Part shown: piece by piece, positions 1-9,339 of the stretch
How positions within the stretch are numbered: position 1 is the first letter of the stretch
How the letters are laid out: every line of letters begins with the position of its first letter
Assembly (NCBI GenBank): GCA_001938485.1
Contig: MQRK01217323.1
Coordinates: 1 to 51,997 of the forward strand
Length of the DNA stretch: 51,997 bases
DNA from: Girardia tigrina
Taxonomy: Eukaryota
Direction of reading: 5' to 3'
Notes under the pieces: model-generated
Seen by the model: only the letters and a program-made list of their open reading frames with translations
Told to the model about the DNA's origin: nothing
The model's database searches: none
Made by a program: the position numbers and the translations under genes

Positions 1-290
1 TTGGCTTGTGACAGATTTTCCGGTTTCTTACATTTGAGACCGAAGTTATTGAACACTTTTTCTACTTCTTCAACGGAAATGAAACTTTCATTTACATAAA
101 TATCATCAATATAAGAGTCGGTCTTTTCACGCATCCTGGTGTCAGAGTTCAGAATCCACCTGACGATTTCGGTCATTATAGTTGGTGCAATGTTTACACC
201 AAAACCCATCCTAGTTAAAGCATATTTCTTGTTATTAATGATACAAGATTGGTACATCATATCTCCTTATGAACAAGAATCTGCATATAC
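1..290 (-). mobile_element. LTR-retrotransposon (Gypsy-like) reverse transcriptase fragment, frameshifted, runs off the window edge
   Basis: Manual minus-strand translation: YMQILVHKE/(fs)/YQSCIINNKKYALTRMGFGVNIAPTIM...DSYIDDIYVNE...FGLKCKKPE, with the YIDD catalytic motif. Not in the ORF track. Confidence 0.8.
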
Positions 291-292
291 TC

Positions 293-770
293 CATTAAGG
301 TAAAACGATGCCTCATCAGAAAAAATAATTCTTCTGCAAAAATTGGTGCCATTTTCGTTGATTATCCAAGAAAAAATTCAATTCTTCGATCTGGGTCATC
401 TTCTGTAAAGAAAACTTGAAAGGCTTTACCTTTTCTTGCTTGAGGTAACGATGAACAGAACTCTGCGAAGTACCAAGGACACGTGTAACCCGTCGTTGAT
501 TTGCAGTATCGTTTTCTTTCACATAATGAACAACACTTTCCTCCATGTGTTCAACAGATTGTCTTCCTGATCGCGGTTTTGTTGGAAAATTTCCCGTTCC
601 TTCGAATTTCTTCTTCCAATGCTGAACCGTTGTTCTCGGTGGCGGTTCACGTTTGAAACGCTCTTTAAAAATTTGACACGCTTTTGTGCAGCTTTCATAA
701 ACGATTGCATGACTAGTGATGAAAACTTTATCTTTAATAGAAAGTTTGACATTTCCACTTACTTCAGCCA
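293..770 (-). mobile_element. Tc1/mariner-superfamily transposase, N-terminal half (HTH to first catalytic Asp), frameshifted
   Basis: ORF 316..813 reads FKERFKREPPPRTTVQHWKKKFEGTG...PRSGR...SVHRYLK; after a frameshift, DDPDRRIEF...IIFSDEASFYLNG. Confidence 0.85.
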
Positions 771-890
771 TTGTACTGGCAGTTGGCGTATTTGAAGAAA
801 AATTATAGGACACAAACTAATATCAGACATTTAAAATTTCAATTTCATAGATATTGAATAACCGGATAATCAATCAATAAGCCGTACACA

Positions 891-1084
891 ATCAAAGGAA
901 TATAATTGAATGTGAAAGTCTGCAGAAAACTATAGCTTTTATTTTCTTTATAAGAGAAAAGGTCGAGTCAGACATCGATCACCGCATCAAAGGAATATAA
1001 TTGAATATGAAAGTCTGCAGAAAACAATAGCTTTTCTTTTCTTTATAAGAGAAAAGGTCGAGTCAGACATCGATCACCGCATCA
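891..1084. repeat. 95-bp tandem duplication (2 copies, about 3 mismatches)
   Basis: atcaaaggaatataattgaa...gacatcgatcaccgc at 891-985 and 986-1080. Confidence 0.95.
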
Positions 1085-1167
1085 TTCGAAAATGCTACAC
1101 GAATTTTGTGGAGCGATGCAATCTGTGTTTGTAGAAAAATGGTGAACATTTTGAACAATTATTGTAA
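1081..1167 (+). mobile_element. Tc1/mariner-type transposase C-terminus remnant
   Basis: IIRKCYTNFVERCNLCL*KNGEHFEQLL*, matching the typical ...C...NGxHFExLL terminus. Confidence 0.75.
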
Positions 1168-1368
1168 AACCTTTTTCTTTTCATGTCTTCAAGTTATACT
1201 GCGTAAAAAACCATATCGTAATATATTTATATCATTTTGAAAAAGTTTTACATTACATCGCAGTATAGTTCCATATCTTGAGACAACGACTTATGAATCG
1301 CACGGTATTACTAAACATATTTGTTTGATTGTAAAACAAGGCGCTAGAAAATTGCAATTCAAATCTCA

Positions 1369-1426
1369 ATGGCAAATAATGAAAGTGGTTCTGCTGGGTG
1401 AAGGTTTTGTCGGTAAGAGTTCGATC
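1369..1426 (+). pseudogene. RAB21: Rab small GTPase N-terminal P-loop fragment (Rab21-like)
   Basis: 1379-1426 reads MKVVLLGEGFVGKSSI (compare Rab21 FKVVLLGEGCVGKTSL). Homology ends abruptly after the P-loop. Confidence 0.6.
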
Positions 1427-1594
1427 GAGTCGTCAGAAGTCGAGACCCAAAACAGTTTCACAACATCCAACACAGAAACAACAACTCAGTCATTCTAAAA
1501 CCGGTCGATTGCCGATGACTCACAACACTTTGTCTCATCGAATGACAGCGATGATCATTCAGTGATTGTTGCGTGTGTTTCACATTCAAAACCA

Positions 1595-1897
1595 GAGCTA
1601 AAGATTTATTTAGAGAAGCAAAAAAATAATGAATTGCAACATTAATTATTTTGGAACTGGCAAAAAACACATTTCAGCTTGAAATACCAGAGTCAAAATG
1701 TTCGAATGTCCCGAAATCATATGTAATGTCAAGCAGTAGAAAGGGTTTTTAAAAGATATCTTACCACTGAAATCAAGAATTTATTAAACAAATTGATAAA
1801 TGCCGAGGAAAAACGAGATGTGGTTTTGGCAAATATTATGAGTAAAGTGTTTGCAGGATTTGATGAACACTATCTTGATTGGGCAAAAGTGATTAAC
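1595..1897 (+). pseudogene. MSH6: MutS homolog 6 internal fragment with three +1 frameshifts
   Basis: Frame-corrected ELKIYLEKQKIMNCNINYFGTGKNTFQLEIPESKCSNVPKSYVMSSSRKGFKRYLTTEIKNLLNKLINAEEKRDVVLANIMSKVFAGFDEHYLDW aligns with MSH6 YLEKQ...YWGIGRNRYQLEIPE...KKGCKRYWT...LINAEERRDVSL...FD..Y.DW. Confidence 0.85.
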
Positions 1898-2351
1898 ATC
1901 CCACCAAACAAATTCAGAATGAACCGAGAGCGGGTGGAGCGGTTATTCCGGCTGTTCGGGAGGGTTCGATTCCCATTTCGATCGTCTAAAAGTAGAACGA
2001 TCACGATTGGCCGATCTAAAAATAGATTGGCCAATCTGGGAAGAACCTTTTTTTATGACAATTCGATTTTGATTTTATTGATTATTTTTTTTTCGAACAA
2101 TGTTCGATTTTTGTTTTAACGCTCTATTATTGCGATTTGAATAAAATTCGGCGGGGAAAAAGTTTGAATTGTCGCCATTATTGTAAATAAATAAATTTTG
2201 GCAGAGAAAGGGATTTTTTTTTNNNNNNNNNNNNNNNNNNNNNNNNNNNNNNNNNNNNNNNNNNNNNNNNNNNNNNNNNNNNNNNNNNNNNNNNNNNNNN
2301 NNNNNNNNNNNNNNNNNNNNNNNNNNNNNNNNNNNNNNNNNNNNNNNNNNN

Positions 2352-2593
2352 GTCAACAATTATTAAAAAAATCGCGAGTCCTTATAATCGGCTGTGGCGG
2401 ATTGGGCTGTCCGTCGGGTGTTTATCTAGCGGCTGCCGGTGTCGGTACGATCGGTCTGATTGATCACATTATGGTTGACGAGAGCAATCTCCACCGGCAG
2501 ATCTGTCACAAGGAATCGGAAATTGGAAATAACAAAGTGGATTCTCTCTGTCGTGATTTGAAGAAACTTAATTCTTCAATCAATATCGAACCA
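2352..2593 (+). pseudogene. MOCS3: MOCS3/Uba4 (ThiF/MoeB E1-like adenylyltransferase) fragment, 3'-truncated at the retrotransposon junction
   Basis: QQLLKKSRVLIIGCGGLGCPSGVYLAAAGVGTIGLIDHIMVDESNLHRQICH. The 5' part is lost in an N gap and no continuation is seen after the element. Confidence 0.85.
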
Positions 2594-4547
2594 ACACGAC
2601 CTTCTCTTTCAAATTCTACATCACTTAGGTATCGATCCCATTCTTCTTAACGTCCTTAAAAGTCTTTACTCTGATAACACCACCGACGTACAAATCGAAG
2701 GCAAATTCGTGGGTACAATGAAGATAAATAAAGGTGTAAAACAGGGCTGCCCTCTCTCCTCTCTTCTCTTCTGTATCTACATTAACGCCCTTATCAATAA
2801 CATCGAATCTTCTTTCCCTAATTGTGGCTATACCATAGGAAATACAACTTATAGAGTAATTGCATACGCAGACGACATCGTGCTAATCTCCAATAACAAA
2901 GCCGACCTCCAACGTATGATCAACGCCACAACCACTTTAGCTGAAAAACTTGATCTTCACTTTCAGCCCACCAAATGCGGTATCCTCGCAGTACCTGCCA
3001 TCCACATAAATCGTACTTCACCTTTCTTCATTAAGGAAACTTCAATACCTTTTGTCACTAACGATAAACCTATCAAATTCCTTGGAGCTCCCGTCGATCA
3101 TCACCAATATTTCAACCCTCGCTCCAAATTCGATGACCTCCTCGATTGCCTTCGCAAAATCGAGAGATCTGATCTTTACCCTAACCAAAAATTCACCGCC
3201 TATAAGCTCTTTCTTCACTCTAAAATCCCCTTTTACTTGAGATCTAACAAAATCGCCATCAATAACTTCTCCAATAACAAACCACAAGCACCTGCTCTTG
3301 ATATCAAAATTCGTGCTGAAGTTCGTAACTTCATGCGATTACCAGAAACCACATGCCCTCATTTCTTCTACACCACTGCCTCCGATGGAGGCGCTGGCCT
3401 CAGACGAATGGTTGACGAATATGCTGTTCAATTAATCATCTACATCTTCCGTCTTGCAAATGCCAAAGATCTCAGATTAAAAGAAGCCGCCTTCAATAAC
3501 TTAACTTCTTTCTATCAATATTACCAACTTCCTTCTGACATTCCTAATATCTATCTTGACTTGAACAACATCAACGCCAAACCTCAGAAAGACTCCCATT
3601 GCCAATGGTCAAAGTTCACTATGGCAAGAAGATTACTCGCCAGAGAATTGGGTGTCGACATCAAACTTGAGTGGATACCAGATTCCAACAGAACCAACAT
3701 CTCTATCAACTTTCTTAACCAAACCGGTTTTATCAACACCACCAACGAAGCCGCTATCTCTTCTATCCTCTTCAACTATATCAACAAAGCACATAAACAT
3801 CTTCTCCTTCAAGACAATAGACTGACCAACACCTTCGATGTCTGTACAATCAACGAAAATCTCAACAAGACCATCATGAGAGGATGGATTAACTTCGAAG
3901 GATGGTTCTTCATCCACCGTGCCAGACTTGGCCTCCTCTCCTGTAATTTCCTTAACCATCTCTACGTTAATGAAATTTGCAACCTATGCCGCAAATGTGG
4001 AAAATTCTACGAGACTCCAATGCACATCATTAACGGATGCAACTACTCTTTTCCATTCACCACCATGAAACACAACAAAATCAAGGATGAACTAGCCAAA
4101 TATATCCGCAAAAGATTCGGCAACAGTGCTAATGTAGAGACCGAACACAGACACACCATGCCCAACGGAAAACTTTTCATCTTTGACATCTATGTTAATT
4201 TTGGTCGCGACGCTTGGATTATCGAGGTCAAAAGCCCCTGGGACGAAGAAAGCACTTTCAATTACGCCTTCGATCGCGCTTGTGAAACTTACCTTGACGC
4301 CCAACTTGATCTTATACAATCCAAAGGCAAAAAAGAAGTAGCCATCTACCCTTTTGTTGTAGGCAGCCTTGGCCGATGGCACTACACCAACAATTTCCTC
4401 CTCGCCGACATTGGATGGAATGACGACGACATCGCTGCATATGCCACCAGAGTGGGTAGGCGAAACATCGAACTATGCGCGAAACATTANAACCAACACC
4501 TACTATATATCTCCGAAGAAGAAATTCAAAGAGATGGCACTGCTTAA
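2592..4547 (+). CDS. RT-RLE polyprotein (partial, uninterrupted)
   Basis: The frame is RT-like from QHDLLFQILHHLG at 2592, upstream of the listed start at 2709. Motifs: KGVKQGCPLS, AYADD, GGAGL, CRKC-x8-H-x4-C (3987-4040), KHN, FD...EVK. Confidence 0.9.
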   Translation, partial: QHDLLFQILHHLGIDPILLNVLKSLYSDNTTDVQIEGKFVGTMKINKGVKQGCPLSSLLFCIYINALINNIESSFPNCGYTIGNTTYRVIAYADDIVLISNNKADLQRMINATTTLAEKLDLHFQPTKCGILAVPAIHINRTSPFFIKETSIPFVTNDKPIKFLGAPVDHHQYFNPRSKFDDLLDCLRKIERSDLYPNQKFTAYKLFLHSKIPFYLRSNKIAINNFSNNKPQAPALDIKIRAEVRNFMRLPETTCPHFFYTTASDGGAGLRRMVDEYAVQLIIYIFRLANAKDLRLKEAAFNNLTSFYQYYQLPSDIPNIYLDLNNINAKPQKDSHCQWSKFTMARRLLARELGVDIKLEWIPDSNRTNISINFLNQTGFINTTNEAAISSILFNYINKAHKHLLLQDNRLTNTFDVCTINENLNKTIMRGWINFEGWFFIHRARLGLLSCNFLNHLYVNEICNLCRKCGKFYETPMHIINGCNYSFPFTTMKHNKIKDELAKYIRKRFGNSANVETEHRHTMPNGKLFIFDIYVNFGRDAWIIEVKSPWDEESTFNYAFDRACETYLDAQLDLIQSKGKKEVAIYPFVVGSLGRWHYTNNFLLADIGWNDDDIAAYATRVGRRNIELCAKHXNQHLLYISEEEIQRDGTA

Positions 4548-4708
4548 CATCAGGCAGGCAACAGCACCTAGTTGACTCTCTTGGAGGGCCCAACTCTTTG
4601 CCGTCAGCGCGACAAAGGTAGATTTAAAACCGCTGAAATATGGAGCCTTTTCTGATCTCGATCAGAAACGCGCTTGCATTTAATTTGAATTGCACCTAAG
4701 ACATGTGT

Positions 4709-4763
4709 TTAAATTAAATTAAATTAAATTAAATTAAATTAAATTAAATTAAATTAAATTAAA
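4709..4763 (+). repeat. (TTAAA)11 perfect pentanucleotide array at the element 3' end
   Basis: Direct read. Confidence 0.97.
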
Positions 4764-5615
4764 TATTACATTGATGATTTTCATTGCCAGAACAACTGCG
4801 GGTGGTATTACATGTGGTGACCGGTTTGTTTATCGCAGGACGAGAGTTCACCGTTTATCTTCTTTAGGACTAGGGCCTTTCTGATTGCAGCTGTAAGAAA
4901 ATCAGCAAACTACTGATTCCTTCTTGTTTATACGGATGTCTCGGGTAATCGTTATATGTTGGTGTCTGTTATTTATTTATTATTGTTGTTTTCTATTGTT
5001 ATAGGCGTAATATGATAACGCAAACCAATACCTTCACGAAGTTCTCGGAGAGTCATGCAGTGGTTTATTGATCGGTGACTCACTCCGATTTTCTAAAATT
5101 TATTTTTGGAAGGCGCTCTGGTAACTAAATTTTTAAAATAATTAATTATAAAGTTCATTGTATGCTCTCTTTCAGCGCGACTTTGAAGGGTACAGAAGAT
5201 TTCCTTGATTACTTCTGGGATGGTTGATGCTCTGCGTCGACGTCTCAAGTCGATCCCGACGACTCGGGGTCTTATGGCGAACCGAGGACTTTGTTACTTG
5301 CAACATACAGAGGATTTGTTATTTTACTAATAAAGGGCTTTTTTCTCATTTGTTTTGGTTAATTACTTGTTAAATAAATGATGGTGCATGCGCGCATACA
5401 TAGGGTTATTTTTTAAAGGTACGGTTTTTTCAAACGTAACAGAGGCAATGGGCAAAGGAGCACTTTGAAACTTAACAAGATGTTCGAATTTATTTTAAAA
5501 AGTAACAAAAATCAAGATGTAACTCATCGTATCATTTACGCTACATCAGATACATTTTTATATTAATAATTTCTACAAAAGGTTATATTTTCTCTTCTGC
5601 TAATAGACAAAAGCA

Positions 5616-7990
5616 CCTTATTATTTAGACCTTCTACTTTCAGTAATACTTCATCTCCGACATTAAATATTCTGTGACAAGTTTTATTATTATTATATTT
5701 AACTTTCTTTTGATTCTTTCTTACTATATTTAAAACTTCATTTCTATTTTCATTTGTTCTTCCCGTATTATTCCATTGACGATTAATTTGAAATCCGAAT
5801 ATTACTTCTGCTGGGTTCATTCCAATTGATTTCTGTGTTGTTGCATTAAGAGTAAATTCCACTTCGGGTAAGATGTCAACCCATGTTTTACCAGTTTTAT
5901 CTTGTCTTGTGACATTTATATAATCTCTTATAGTCCTGAATTGCCTCTCAACTAGCCCATTTGTACTATGGTGGTACGGACTAAAAAACTCTAGTTGCAT
6001 CTTATGACGTTCAGCTAACTCTAGCATCACTTTTGATTGAAAAGTTTAGTCACAATCCATATGAATTATACGCGGTGCTCCAAACTTCAAAATCCACTGT
6101 CTCAGAAGTATATCGATTGTTGTGTTTTCGTCCTGTTTTGCAACTGCATTTAATGATATATAGCGACTAAATTGGTCTCTGATTGCTAGGATATATCTTT
6201 TTCCTTGAAATGTTTGTCTAAATGGGCCACAAAAATCCATAAATATTGATTCAAATGGATAATTTGCACTTTGTTTCACAATTGGTTCCTTTGATTTTGT
6301 TGTCATAGTCTTGCGTTTTTGACAGGTTTTACATGATTGGATTACTTCCTTGATATAATCATATATTTGTTTCATATAAAAATTAGTTTTGATATAATCA
6401 TAAACTTTTTTATGTCCAGCGTGGTATAATATTTTGTGCGTGTCAATAATAAATTCACGCCGAGTATCGTTTGGAATCCATATTTTTTCGTTTTTAGTGA
6501 GAACAATGTCGTTTTCTAAACGAAATTTATCTGTCATTTGATTTTCAATACAATCTCGTATTTCATTAATCTCTCCATTATTTTGCTGCCACTGTTTCCC
6601 ATTATTCCCAAGTATAAGGGACAATACTTTAGCCTTTAATTTTCCATGTTTCGCATTCTCGTGGTTCATTTTACATTGTATACAAGTGTCGCATTTATTT
6701 CGTGACAATGAATCTGCATTAACATGAGAGGTCCCTTTTCTATATTGTAGATTAATGTTCAAACTACTTAAAAAATAATCCGTCTGAAATTGGGGAGTAA
6801 TTGGTTTCTTGGTTGTAAGAATAAAGGTTGTTGCTTTGTGATCTGTTCTTAAAGTAAATCTTTTCCCGTATAAATAGTGCTTAAAATGATTTGTGAAGTA
6901 ATAATTTGCTAATTATTCCTTTCGAGTAATGCAATACCATAACTCGTGTTTACTCATGGATGTGATCTGTATGCATCATCTTTATCATCTTTTTGTGACA
7001 ACACAGCTCATATAGCATCGAAACTTGCGTCAGTATCCAGAATAAATTCATTGTTGAAATTTGGATAAGCCAACACAGGAGCATCCGCCAGGGCTTCTTT
7101 CATTCTTTTAAAATCTTTATCACATTCACTTGTCCAAATTAATTTATCCTTATTCCGTCCGCATAATTGTTCCAATTGTCTAGAATATTTTGAATAATTT
7201 TTGATAAATTTCCGGTAATAATTACACAATCTTAAGAAACTTCTCAGATTATTTAAACATTTAGGTCTCTCAAATGAAATAATTGCTTCAATTTTGCTTT
7301 GATCTGTTTTAATACCTTTAGAATTAATGATATGGCCGAAAAATTTAGTTTCTTCTTTCAGTAGATGACACTTCTGAATTTACTCTTAAACCAGCGGCTT
7401 TAATCCTGGATAGAACCTTCTCTAAGCGTAATAAATGAAGGCCTAAGCGTAATAATAAGAGAAGGCCGCCTTATCTTGAGATTCCTTATCTAATTTAACT
7501 TGATAATAAGCATTTCCTAAGTCGATTGTACTAAAATATCGAGATCCATTTAGTACATCCAACATTTCCTCAATATTCGGCATAGGGAATTTGATTTCTG
7601 TAATTTGATTCAATTGTTTAAAATCTAAACATAATCGTACATCTTTCTTTTCCTTCTTCCAAACGCAAACCATCGGTGTATTCAACGGAGAATTACATTT
7701 CCTAATTATTCCATGTTTTTCAAGATTTACAATCGCATTATCAATTTTTTCGATTAAATGGATCGGTTGTCACCTTGGTTTAATCGCAATTGGCGCCCCT
7801 TTAATTAATATTTTATGTTCCAGTAAATTGGTACAACCTATATCCCATTGATGAGCCATAAAGACGTCCTTGTGCTTTTCCAAGACCTTAAATAAATCTG
7901 AATTCCTATTAGCATTAAAGACTTTTACAGCATGATTAAGCCTATCCATTGCAGATGTTTTAAAATCAAAATTTACTTCTAAATTACATA
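5616..7990 (-). mobile_element. Degraded Ty3/Gypsy pol (RT-RNaseH-integrase)
   Basis: ORFs 7443-7685 (RLCLDFKQLN, FSTIDLGNAYYQ), 7008-7229 (FILDTDAS), 6046-6762 (H-x3-HAG...CKTCQ, MDFCGPF) and 5563-6030 (NGLVERQ); multiple stops and frameshifts. Confidence 0.95.
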
Positions 7991-8472
7991 TAGTTGAGAG
8001 GCAATTCAGGACTATAAGAGATTATATAAATGTCACAAGACAAGATAAAACTGGTAAAACATGGGTTGACATCTTACCCGAAGTGGAATTTACTCTTAAT
8101 GCAACAACACAGAAATCAATTGGAATGAGCCCAGCAGAAATAATATTCGGATTTCAAATTAATCGTCAATGGAATAATACGGGAAGAACAAATGAAAATA
8201 GAAATGAAGTTTTAAATATAGTAAGAAAGAATCAAAAGAAAGTTAAATATAATAATAATAAAACTTGTCACAGTATATTCAATGTCGGAGATGAAGTATT
8301 ACTGAAAGTAGAAGGTCAAAATAATAAGGATGAGAATCGTTACGAAGGCCCATATACAGTAATTAAAAAGACACATGATAGGAGCTATGAAGTTATTGAC
8401 AATACAGGTAAAAAGTTGATCAGGAATGTAGAATGGCTAAAGCCTTTTAAGAGAGGGAGATGTGAAATATAA
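7991..8472 (+). mobile_element. Gypsy integrase C-terminus (GPY/F) with polypurine tract (PPT) and start of 3' LTR; 7991-8329 is an inverted copy of 5616-5954
   Basis: ORF 8083-8472 (RYEGPY); PPT aagagagggaga followed by TG at 8461. Confidence 0.9.
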
Positions 8473-8569
8473 ATTAATAATTGTAAATATTAAATGTAAA
8501 CTAACTTAATAATTATTTTATATAACACATGGTTCAAAACATTCAAATAATTAACTCTCCAATAATTCT

Positions 8570-8807
8570 CTCAAATAACGAAATTCAAGCTTTCGTAAAA
8601 CAACCACATACAAAAAACTTTCAGAACAAATATACCGGGCCATATAAGCTACTCAATATCATAAACAACACGACTATTTTAGAGATAAAGGGAATAAAAA
8701 GGAGAATCAACCTAAGAAGAATCAAGATAACACCAAACTCGAAAAAAACATTTGCTCCGCATTTAGGAGGAGGGCTTATGTAAAAGTACATCCATAAATA
8801 CAAAATA

Positions 8808-8850
<43 letters not shown>

Positions 8851-8940
8851 GAGTCTTGTGAACGCAAGTTTAGTATTTCGAATATATAATTTGATTAAAG
8901 CTTTTTTTATATGATTATTGGACATGTTTTGATGTTTACA
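8570..8940 (+). mobile_element. 3' end of a second Gypsy element: integrase tail, PPT and 162-bp LTR (8779-8940) containing (TA)n
   Basis: KYTGPYKLL; PPT aggaggaggg; LTR termini TGTAAA...TTTACA; ATTAAA signal. Confidence 0.75.
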
Positions 8941-9339
8941 TACATCATCATCAGCAATTTTCGGATATTTAGTAAATGAATATTGAATTGTTTGAATAAT
9001 ACAATTTTAATAGATATAATTTACTTTAAAAGGTAACAAAAAAATTAAACATTATTTATGAAAATATTATTGGGTAATAATGTCAAAAATATTTTAATTA
9101 AAAATTTTAAGTATTGAAATAACCTTACTTTGCCCATTCTGAATGTTAATTGATGAATATATATTAAAATATTATAATATTTTATATGTAAAGATCATAA
9201 GTGAAACTTCGTTTTATAATTTTTTAAAGTTTTAAGATTTTTCATTTTATTTCATAAAAAACGGATACAGGAAAAACAAAAAGTAATAGAAATTGAGTGT
9301 CCGAATGGAATTGAAAAACATATTGATAAAAAATAATAA

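Larger units (their letters stand above)
2592..4763 (+). mobile_element. 5'-truncated non-LTR retrotransposon with restriction-like endonuclease (R2 group; NeSL/Utopia-like)
   Basis: RT, CCHC knuckle and RLE in one ORF, then a 3' UTR of about 160 nt and a (TTAAA)11 tail. The WFFIHRARLGLL motif resembles NeSL/Utopia proteins. Confidence 0.9.

Noticed and set aside
2198-2650. ORF as an intact MOCS3 gene or an in-frame MOCS3-RT fusion
   Set aside because: It spans an N gap, MOCS3 and RT are in different frames, and the MOCS3 frame stops at 2650.
3042-4593. Antisense and alternate-frame ORFs over the RT gene
   Set aside because: Shadow ORFs caused by the C-rich, G-poor codon bias of the element.
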